Assembly (NCBI GenBank): GCA_964643595.1
Contig: CAZXTQ010000001.1
Location: forward strand, 1 to 32,000
Direction of reading: 5' to 3'
From: an uncultured Methanosarcinales archaeon
Lineage (GTDB): Archaea > Nanobdellota > Nanobdellia > Woesearchaeales > UBA11576
Length of the DNA: 32,000 nucleotides
In this document: positions 17,501-23,849 of the stretch, one piece after another
Numbering within the stretch: position 1 is the stretch's first letter
How the letters are laid out: each line of letters opens with the position of its first letter
The notes under the pieces: generated by a model
Seen by the model: only the letters and a program-made list of their open reading frames with translations
What the model was told of the DNA's origin: nothing
Database searches by the model: none
Made by a program: the position numbers and the translations under genes

Positions 17501-17613
17501 TATCTTTGGATTCTGCTTGGCAGGATGTTTCTGATAGGGGCATCATTGGAGCTTTAAGTTACTTGAAACATTACCTGAATGGCATTATTGATGATGGGGG
17601 GGGGCAATCTTGA
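14590..17613 (+). CDS. Large (~1007 aa) membrane-hairpin protein of unknown family. N-terminal ~370-aa domain, two TM helices, a coiled coil, and a C-terminal region with protein-kinase-like motifs.
   Basis: The track ORF is 14557-17613. I prefer the ATG at 14590, which has GGTGA upstream. TM pair: LLNPVFLLGAANIPLIPAVIG and VLMIGTGLIAPLGAAAVNKIF (~15715-15870). Coiled coil: EEYHRIQENKAEQQRHDLLQREIDVAKTNLE. Kinase-like string: GKSGSAVFL, FALKE, LMEQIDGPTLYDF, FIDMGSLN, VDDFS or RFDFE. Confidence 0.7.
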   Translation: MGENTGLSELEHLVERWRVQFNPFVEERFLTGREIPGRVVRESVEYFFESGGEPGIIARELGSKFRESSNRGLFGVSSISVDDLLDDSRFYTDETFALLSFLLKIDRGDASFCFNSVESELYDAGHKLYEVAPLRSKVFIEPNSSGSVSCRNFGAALDTMRDICSERAQDRGWDVDKYVNSRLEFLFRMFNVFINNEGLYIDRKDLIDPRLWVRYEASQFFLEACKIVTGRSDFVKIMAARNFPVFIKLLANILDVGTGFHEITGIANKYNSLLDIGLKERGTGYAVVSVTPSDVLRDIAGKRFNACMQLSCDVAKYTMEKIPKLYGLNSYGFVEVSCCVENAIDFSDRAGGMVPKGHICEYHYKWFPIATGWRRLLNPVFLLGAANIPLIPAVIGSDMSSLEKVLMIGTGLIAPLGAAAVNKIFNQQRHIGDIEEYHRIQENKAEQQRHDLLQREIDVAKTNLEHTYSSLYLMSLQYTDYLRLLKGGDIDAALSQMDTLQDTVVKYLEDTALKGARNTGLLDFRRKLDDAALFLAYGQAVDGTFNPLTGKSGSAVFLTESDEKRTNISKRFALKEMGSVEALVYSWFRDKGMKEMMRFPTPEILAYRVVPSWDESKSCIVEVPIMLMEQIDGPTLYDFFRMLNNKTCLDGSGNDLTRHYIDSLKDSVIDRLLERYCYLTDQLQSDEEGSLGRHLDLGGVVRIREGAYIAKTTEVFEDCLMGDACPDSQKEVLYVVAQIIGEVLDKVKKVPFIDMGSLNASLPARSLYSRLLLLHEGVDDFSAEVSAVEKPARTTMELALDDMVSHMDDADFRENIFDVCADELVRFDFEKLRIDTLEFDDLSHMTDFLPYGSSPERRAKVNARYLALRYVAKDEPCGQHILGLIHEGRTDDAVELMRSVIDYSSIESERALVSIYRNLRWVRFYSDLDADKFDDLHSKKQTREYHLNIILEDIGVYLRENSIGRMQDRVISLDSAWQDVSDRGIIGALSYLKHYLNGIIDDGGGQS

Positions 17614-18491
17614 TTGATCTTCACGTCCACATCAATGAGGATGATGCCAAGAATCCTCCTGAGGTTGTAGTTGAGCATGCTGTCCTGCAGGGCATCACTG
17701 ATATTGCTATGGTGGTGCATGATTATGTAGGTCATATGGCGCGTTGTGTAGGATTAGGTGTGCGTAATGGTCTAAAATCGCTTCCTGTGACTGAACTCAC
17801 TGCACATGATGGTCATTATCTTATGTTTTTTCCTGACCTGTCTGCTATGGATGATTCTGATTTTGTGAGGCGGCTCCAGTTTATTTATGATGCGCGAAGA
17901 TCCCGTCTGCAGAAACTTGCTGATGACACCCTGCGCAATCCGTATGTTTTTTATCTTGAAGGTTTCGGAAAGGTGGAGTTCTCGTTCACCGAGGATGATC
18001 TCGACAGGATAGCGTCAGGAGATAGGATCTTGAGTGGCCATCTTGCCCAGCTTCTATCGAAGAGGGTTGGGGGCATAGTGTCTGGCCGTTCTGCTTACGA
18101 TCTTCTGGGGGGTCTCTTGAAGCGCGAGTGTTACTGTTCTGATGATTGTTATTGTACTGCAGCGTTCTCATTGGACGAGCTTCTTGATTACAAGAAAAGA
18201 TTCGGTTCGGTTCTTGTGCAAGCGCATCCAGCGCTAATAACTGAGAGCGAGATTCTGTTGAAGCTTGCGAAAGGTGTTGATGGTTTTGAGCTCTCTCCGA
18301 AGAATCCTTTTGAATACAATCTGACGCTGGCAGAGTACTCTGCAAGGCATTCTTTCCTGCTTACTGTCGGTTCTGATAATCACATGTGGGAGTCTGACAG
18401 TCTCGGTTTCCTTGCATGGCAGCCTGAGATTGCTCCACATATCGACGAGAAGAATGTGGTGGCTGGAATTTACAGACTGCTTGGGAGATGA
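17610..18491 (+). CDS. PHP-domain metal-dependent phosphoesterase (TrpH/YciV-like).
   Basis: MIDLHVHINEDD (motif I DLHxH), AMVVHD, QAHP and GSDNH are in PHP order. The TTG start overlaps the upstream stop by 4 nt (TTGA), implying translational coupling. Confidence 0.75.
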   Translation: MIDLHVHINEDDAKNPPEVVVEHAVLQGITDIAMVVHDYVGHMARCVGLGVRNGLKSLPVTELTAHDGHYLMFFPDLSAMDDSDFVRRLQFIYDARRSRLQKLADDTLRNPYVFYLEGFGKVEFSFTEDDLDRIASGDRILSGHLAQLLSKRVGGIVSGRSAYDLLGGLLKRECYCSDDCYCTAAFSLDELLDYKKRFGSVLVQAHPALITESEILLKLAKGVDGFELSPKNPFEYNLTLAEYSARHSFLLTVGSDNHMWESDSLGFLAWQPEIAPHIDEKNVVAGIYRLLGR

Positions 18492-18733
18492 TTGTTTTCA
18501 GCACTATTTCTCTTGTATTTGTTTAGCGGTTATTGGCAGTGCTGCCACAGCGACGTGCGCGTTTTCCAACAAGAAATTCCAAAAGGATTGCACTTTAGCA
18601 TATTAATCAATGTTCGTGCACCGACCAAACACTATTTCTTCGGATAGCAACCGACTAGGGTGTAGCTGCGTGGCTGTGCTGCCATGATTGATCTAAACAA
18701 CTACTTCATCTCTATTATGGTGTTTTTCTTCCT

Positions 18734-19666
18734 TCAGCTTAGCTTCCCTTCAAAATCTGCTTTTAGGAATACCAGTGCGCCCACTGAATCATGCAGTGTC
18801 CTTGTTATGTATGATAGATGGCTTAATATGACTGAATTATTTCCTTTCTTTAGCAGCAGGAGTCTTTTGAGCTCTTCAGTTGTCTTGTCTAGTTTCTCTG
18901 AGAATGATGAGAAATCTTGTAGGTTAAATTTGTAGAAAAGTTTGTAGAATTCTTCAAGTGAGTTGTTGACCTGGTTGAATGCCTCCAGGACTTCTTTATC
19001 TATTTTGAGTGTTTTCACTTCTGAGAGGTCTTTGCATATCAGTTTGTATCCATCACCTATATTTTCGAGAAGCCATACTATGAAGTATTCGTATCTGTTT
19101 TCCAGAGTTATTGCTTCATCATTGAGAAGTCTTTCAGAGAAATTGGTCAGCTTGTCGTTTGTCTGTTCAAGTTTTATCACTTCATTCATTGCGTAATTGT
19201 CATTCTTGCTGATGAATTCAAGGCATTGCCTTGCCTGTGACGTGGTGACCAGAAATATTTTGCGCAGTATGCTATTGAAGTTCGTGGGCATGCCTTCTGC
19301 TATGTTCTTTATCAGGCAGTAATCGTTTGTCTGTTCGATCACTTCAAAGCCGAGAAGTGAGGATGATACTTTTTCGTGTATGGTCTGCATGACTTTTTTA
19401 GATATGCCTACTAATTTTATCTCGTGGTATCCTGTTTTGTGTATCAGGGATATCAATGGCCATATTGTGCGGGTGTCAATCTTTGATGCGTCTATGTGTG
19501 CTCTTTTGACCTGTTCTTGATTGTTTATTGTGGTTACAAGAAGGAATGTGCCTCTTTCGCTGACATCCAGTTCGTCACCTTTTTCAATCTTGTTTTTCTT
19601 TACCCACTCAGAAGGTAATGAGACTACTTTTGTGAATCCTGCTATCTGGACTACTTTTCTTCTCAT
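18734..19666 (-). CDS. AbrB/SpoVT-domain plus PhoU-like regulator (archaeal phosphate-uptake-regulator type).
   Basis: N-terminus VVQIAGFTKVVSLPSEWVKKNKIEKGDELDV (swapped-hairpin AbrB type), followed by a helical PhoU-like region. Confidence 0.6.
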   Translation of the reverse strand: MRRKVVQIAGFTKVVSLPSEWVKKNKIEKGDELDVSERGTFLLVTTINNQEQVKRAHIDASKIDTRTIWPLISLIHKTGYHEIKLVGISKKVMQTIHEKVSSSLLGFEVIEQTNDYCLIKNIAEGMPTNFNSILRKIFLVTTSQARQCLEFISKNDNYAMNEVIKLEQTNDKLTNFSERLLNDEAITLENRYEYFIVWLLENIGDGYKLICKDLSEVKTLKIDKEVLEAFNQVNNSLEEFYKLFYKFNLQDFSSFSEKLDKTTEELKRLLLLKKGNNSVILSHLSYITRTLHDSVGALVFLKADFEGKLS

Positions 19667-19814
19667 GATCTGCCACCCGTTTTTGTTTTGTTGTTTCTTT
19701 TTTACCTACACAGATATAAAATATAAATGAGTTTATAAAAGTTCGCAAAAAGAAAAAAAATATAAATGAATTTAAAGGAAATTTATAATACGGATAATAG
19801 TGATTTAAAATGTT

Positions 19815-20033
19815 ATGAATAAGCACCGTCCTAAACTGGTTGTATGCCTTACTCTAATATTCTTGTTGCTGCTAGTCGGTCTGTTGGCCAGCATGCAGTC
19901 TGGAGGCTTTGACAGCATGACTGCAGCATTAATCGGTTCAGGTCAGTCAGGCATGTCCCCTATCTCTTACGCACCTATACTTCTATTCGTAGGGTCTTTG
20001 CTGTTCGCTATATTTTATCTTGAGAAGAATTGA
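19815..20033 (+). CDS. 72-aa membrane peptide, paralog of 6457-6675, ending IFYLEKN.
   Basis: Same length and architecture as the 6457 product. TATA-like TTTATAAT at 19782-19789 is centred about 29 nt before the ATG, consistent with a leaderless transcript. Confidence 0.6.
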   Translation: MNKHRPKLVVCLTLIFLLLLVGLLASMQSGGFDSMTAALIGSGQSGMSPISYAPILLFVGSLLFAIFYLEKN

Positions 20034-20100
20034 TATTGTGTGTTCGCTTCATACTACTTTCTAATCAGACTTTACCATATTTTGGTGTTCTATCCAGTTT

Positions 20101-20271
20101 TTAGTTGGGTCTTGTTAGGTCCATGCTGTCAAGATCGTCGTCGTTCATGACTATCTCTCTGATTATCTCGACTTTTGCTTTTGATTTAGGCAATGTGTAC
20201 CTGTATCTTTCCCATTCTATACTTGGCCTGAATGATCCTTTGTGTATGTGTTGCATAAGGCATACCTCCAT
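20101..20271 (-). CDS. Possible 56-aa small protein, below the track size cutoff.
   Basis: My manual translation gives MEVCLMQHIHKGSFRPSIEWERYRYTLPKSKAKVEIIREIVMNDDDLDSMDLTRPN. A GGAGGT sits 7 nt before the internal ATG (MQHIH). It looks more protein-like than the overlapping + strand ORF 20105-20329. Confidence 0.3.
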   Translation of the reverse strand: MEVCLMQHIHKGSFRPSIEWERYRYTLPKSKAKVEIIREIVMNDDDLDSMDLTRPN

Positions 20272-20481
20272 TGTATTCAAGGCTACTAGGCTACTCGGCG
20301 ACTTTCTAGAATATCTTATGTGTGGTTAATTATGTGATTGATGGTTTACTATCACTTATCGCCTAATCCCTCACGAAGTATAGTGTAGTGAGGGCCAATG
20401 CCTACGGTGAAAACGCGCCCCAAAGATGTAGATAATATATATGGTAAATGTGGTATATAAATATTACCAAAACAGATACTA

Positions 20482-20642
20482 ATATGAAATCCTCTGCATA
20501 TTGAAAAAATAAATCTGCCCCAGGAGATTCTTCTATCTAATAACGCGATTTCAGAAGTTAGCTCGACGTAAAGATTCGGTTTAGAATATCTGTGGTCGGA
20601 TACAGTATCATCTTTATTACACTCAATAGGATTTCATAATGG
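20482..20642. mobile_element. MITE-like palindromic repeat, copy 1 (arms decayed, core intact).
   Basis: Shares tatgaaatcct...aggatttcataat termini and the invariant 28-nt core tttcagaagttagctcgacgtaaagatt (20549-20576) with the copies at 22955 and 29244. Confidence 0.65.
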
Positions 20643-20742
20643 TCTACACGTTCGCTGCGGCAGTATTGCTTTGCTCTGGAATTTATTTTGCTTCAGCCTT
20701 TCTAACATCCTTCCTCTCCGCTTTAAATATCTCACCAATAGC

Positions 20743-20750
20743 TTTATAAA
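20743..20750 (+). promoter_or_regulatory. TATA box TTTATAAA upstream of the S3Ae gene.
   Basis: Centred about 57 nt upstream of the ATG at 20804. Same octamer as at the other promoters in this window. Confidence 0.45.
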
Positions 20751-20803
20751 CACCCTCTTTCTCTATCCAAAAATACCATAAATCGTTATTGAAGGGTTTT
20801 AAT

Positions 20804-21490
20804 ATGGCAGTTAAGTCTAAAAAAGGCAAAACAGTTGATAAATGGCGTAAGAAGAAGTTTTTCTCAGTCTTAGCTCCGAAGATGTTTCAGGAGAGGGAGT
20901 TAGGTCAGGCAATGGCTTATGAGCCGTCTTTATTGCAGGACAGGCGTCTTAATACTAATCTTATGGTTCTTACTGGTAATATCAAGAAGCAGGATATAAA
21001 TGTCACTTTCAGGGTCGTAAAGGTCCAGGGTGATACGGCTTTCACAAGGCTTGACAAGTACGAGATCAGCCCTGCTGCTCTGAAAAGAAGAGTTAGGAGA
21101 CAGAGGGACAGGCTGGATGATTCTTTCCAGTGCGTTACCAAAGACAACAAGATTATTAGGATCAAACCACTTATACTTACTAGGGTTAAGACATCTAAGT
21201 CTGTGAAGACTGCTTTCAGGAAAGCTATGCTTCAGCATATGATAAATTCTATCAGAAATTATGAGTATGATGCTCTTGTCATGGACATAATTAATGACCG
21301 GTTGCAGAAAGAGATGTCTCATAAACTGAGCAAGATTGTTCCTATAAGGTTTGTCAATATCCGTGTGCTTCAGTATCTTGGTGAGCAGAAGTCTGCTACA
21401 GAACCTGTTACAGAAGCACCTAAAAAAGAAGAGGAGAAAAAGGTTGTCGCAGAGCCAGCACCAAAAACAAAAGCTCCTGTCGAAGCCTGA
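20804..21490 (+). CDS. rps3ae: 30S ribosomal protein S3Ae (eS1).
   Basis: MAVKSKKGKTVDKWRKKKFFSVLAPKMF is the canonical S3Ae N-terminus. I prefer the ATG at 20804 to the track start at 20789. Confidence 0.9.
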   Translation: MAVKSKKGKTVDKWRKKKFFSVLAPKMFQERELGQAMAYEPSLLQDRRLNTNLMVLTGNIKKQDINVTFRVVKVQGDTAFTRLDKYEISPAALKRRVRRQRDRLDDSFQCVTKDNKIIRIKPLILTRVKTSKSVKTAFRKAMLQHMINSIRNYEYDALVMDIINDRLQKEMSHKLSKIVPIRFVNIRVLQYLGEQKSATEPVTEAPKKEEEKKVVAEPAPKTKAPVEA

Positions 21491-21517
21491 TTTCTTTCAT
21501 ATTTTTATGAGGTAAAA

Positions 21518-21709
21518 ATGCCTACGCCTATCATAGATGAAAAAAAATGTACTGGTTGCAATACTTGTGTTGATATCTGTCCTATGCAGTGCTTTGTCTT
21601 AAACAAAGACAAGAAGAAAGCAGAAGCGCCTAAGGCAAATGAGTGCATCGGCTGCCGTGCCTGCGAAGTCCAGTGTCCTGAAGGCGCAATCAAGGTAGAG
21701 GACGAGTAA
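21518..21709 (+). CDS. 2x[4Fe-4S] ferredoxin.
   Basis: Two CxxCxxCxxxCP motifs (CTGCNTCVDICP and CIGCRACEVQCP). GAGGT lies 6 nt upstream of the ATG. Confidence 0.85.
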   Translation: MPTPIIDEKKCTGCNTCVDICPMQCFVLNKDKKKAEAPKANECIGCRACEVQCPEGAIKVEDE

Positions 21710-21803
21710 GTAATTCTAAGAATCAGCACCTATTCAAGTTACAGCGTCAGCTCCACCAGCACAAACCTCTCTTAGGTGTCTACATTTTATGTTTTGTAGT
21801 CGC

Positions 21804-22913
21804 CTATTCTATCTTCTCCAGTACGAAATCATCAAACATTGCGTATCCTATGGTCGGTGCTGTCAATAGCAGTCCGTATCCGTGTGGTATCATATCCCAA
21901 TTATATTCACATTCAGAACTTTCTCGTTTGAAGCTGTCCCATTGTTCCATGACTAATGGCACGTCGAATTCGTAATGATAATGTCTAAATCTGTTTGGCA
22001 GTTCTTCGAAGTATACCTCGTCGCCATTTATTTCAGTTGATACTTCGTAGCATCCAAAAACACCTATTGGCATTGGTTTCTTTTCCCACCAATCCTTCAA
22101 TGTAAGCTTGACTTGCCAGTCATTGTTTGCTGCAACGTCCTGTCTTGCCCAGAATGATAGTCTGTATTTACCTTCTTCAAACAATGGTTGAAATGATAGA
22201 TTATATTCTTCATTTCTTATCTGGTCACCAGTAAACAACTTTATTGTGGAAGAATCAGACCTGCTTTTCCAGTCATGGACTAACAAATCTTCATCGAGCC
22301 AGTTTCCGCTGGCAGGCGCAGGGTCTTCATTCACTCTGCCGTTTACTATGAGGTTTTTGCAATACCTAATTCCTGTTTCGCCCCACATCTCTCTCCAGCA
22401 GAATCCACCGTTCCACTTGTCTGATTCATATTTGAATTCTACATCATCTGTATAGATGTTAATAGGTCCTTTTTTCTTTGGACACTGTGATGAATGTGCA
22501 ACATCTTCAAGATCTCCGCCAAAGCATTGGTACAGGCATCTGTTGATGTAGGTCTTTCCGTCACGAGAACATATAGGATCCCATGTGAACGAACACCTGC
22601 AGGAATCTTTTTCTACAGATGATGGTTCGTCTGCTGGCGGTACATATTTTACAGGTGGCTTTACTGGTGTGACTGTCACTTCTTCAACTTCCTTTTCTGT
22701 GACTTCGAGTTCCAGCTCTGCAACGTTTTCTTCTTCAGGAGCAGAATCTAAGGGAGTTTCTTCTGTTTGTACAGGGACTTCTGGTTCCATCGGAACTTCT
22801 TGAACAGGTTCATCAGCCAATTCTTTTTCAGCTGGTTCCACGTACTGCTGCGAGCAACCAAAAGAAAGTATCAGTATCATTGCGATTGTCAGTATTGAGA
22901 TTGTTGATTTCAT
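21804..22913 (-). CDS. Secreted protein or lipoprotein with an acidic linker, a Kazal-like domain, and a ~225-aa C-terminal domain of unknown fold.
   Basis: Signal MKSTISILTIAMILILSFGC. Kazal pattern CSFTWDPICSRDGKTYINRCLYQCFGGDLEDVAHSSQC (nt ~22482-22601). TATA-like TTTATTAA (complement of 22936-22943) is centred about 26 nt before the ATG. Confidence 0.7.
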   Translation of the reverse strand: MKSTISILTIAMILILSFGCSQQYVEPAEKELADEPVQEVPMEPEVPVQTEETPLDSAPEEENVAELELEVTEKEVEEVTVTPVKPPVKYVPPADEPSSVEKDSCRCSFTWDPICSRDGKTYINRCLYQCFGGDLEDVAHSSQCPKKKGPINIYTDDVEFKYESDKWNGGFCWREMWGETGIRYCKNLIVNGRVNEDPAPASGNWLDEDLLVHDWKSRSDSSTIKLFTGDQIRNEEYNLSFQPLFEEGKYRLSFWARQDVAANNDWQVKLTLKDWWEKKPMPIGVFGCYEVSTEINGDEVYFEELPNRFRHYHYEFDVPLVMEQWDSFKRESSECEYNWDMIPHGYGLLLTAPTIGYAMFDDFVLEKIE

Positions 22914-22954
22914 AAGAAGGTAGACTTGAGAGTGATTAATAAAGCTTACCTTAC

Positions 22955-23126
22955 GGCTATTATGAAATCCTCGGTATGTTAAAAAGATGGATACTGCCCC
23001 TGGCGACTCCAGAACCAGAATAAATCGGTTTCAGAAGTTAGCTCGACGTAAAGATTCGTTTTAGAATATCTATAGTCGCGGTGCAGTATCCATCTTTATC
23101 GCGCTGAATAGGATTTCATAATAGCC
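22955..23126. mobile_element. MITE-like palindromic repeat, copy 2 (most intact, 172 bp).
   Basis: Perfect 17-bp terminal inverted repeats: ggctattatgaaatcct (22955-22971) and aggatttcataatagcc (23110-23126). A second perfect 15-bp inverted pair lies at 22983-22997 and 23083-23097. The 28-nt conserved core is at 23029-23056. Confidence 0.7.
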
Positions 23127-23141
23127 TTATCTTACAAAACA

Positions 23142-23149
23142 TTTATAAA
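23142..23149 (+). promoter_or_regulatory. TATA box TTTATAAA upstream of trkA.
   Basis: Part of AAAACATTTATAAA (23136-23149), starting 10 nt beyond the right end of the repeat element. GGGGTG precedes the GTG at 23190. Confidence 0.45.
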
Positions 23150-23189
23150 CCCTATTCCCTAATTCAACAGCATAAAAGGGGTGTATCAA

Positions 23190-23849
23190 GTGAAGATAAT
23201 AATAGTCGGTGGCGGCGAAGTAGGACTTACTACTGCTAATGTTCTTTCTACAAAAGAGCACGATCTTATTCTTATTGAAGGTGATGAAGCCAGGGCTAAA
23301 CAGGTAGCCAACAGCATAGATGCTTTAGTTATCCATGGTGATGGTACTGATCTCTCAATCTTGAAAGATGCTGGTGCTTCTGATGCTGATGCGATTGTTG
23401 CTGTAACTGATGATGATAAGACTAATCTTATGGTGTGTGAGATCGCGAAGAGTCTTGATATCAAGAAGATTATCTCAAGGGTGAACAAGTCTGAGAATCA
23501 GGAGCTGTTCACTAAGTTAGGTATTACAGGTGTAGTTCCTACTGTTGGCCTTGCAGTTACTAAGATTAAGAATCTTCTTTCTGAGGGTGGTTCTGAGCGT
23601 GTCATCTACGAGATTGGTAAAGGAACTTTCCAGGTTATTGCGATAACTCTTCCGAAAGAGTCGAAGCTTGTCGGCAAGGCATCTGATATTAAGAATGCGG
23701 TCATCGGAGCGATTTATCGTGATGGTGAAATCCTGCTTCCCCGAGAGGGTACTAAGTTCAAAGAAGAGGATGTCCTGATCCTAACTGCAAAGACTAAGAA
23801 TATCAAGAGTATCAGGAATCAGATTTATGGAAAAGGCAAATGGAAATAG
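23190..23849 (+). CDS. trkA: K+ transport system NAD-binding subunit TrkA (RCK N and C domains).
   Basis: KIIIVGGGEVGLTTANVL Rossmann motif, followed by a TrkA-C-like C-terminus. I favour the GTG at 23190 (SD-like GGGGTG) over the track start at 23181. Confidence 0.8.
   Translation: MKIIIVGGGEVGLTTANVLSTKEHDLILIEGDEARAKQVANSIDALVIHGDGTDLSILKDAGASDADAIVAVTDDDKTNLMVCEIAKSLDIKKIISRVNKSENQELFTKLGITGVVPTVGLAVTKIKNLLSEGGSERVIYEIGKGTFQVIAITLPKESKLVGKASDIKNAVIGAIYRDGEILLPREGTKFKEEDVLILTAKTKNIKSIRNQIYGKGKWK

Noticed and set aside
20105-20329. 74-aa + strand ORF.
   Set aside because: It has hydrophobic low-complexity sequence and no promoter or SD. The opposite strand carries a more protein-like 56-aa ORF with a GGAGGT. 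Both remain low confidence.
20340-20440. GC-rich patch with the hairpin ccctcac-(13 nt)-gtgaggg, considered as a tRNA or small RNA.
   Set aside because: No acceptor/T-arm geometry, no GTTCGAATC-like T-loop and no C/D boxes. The evidence is too weak to call a feature.
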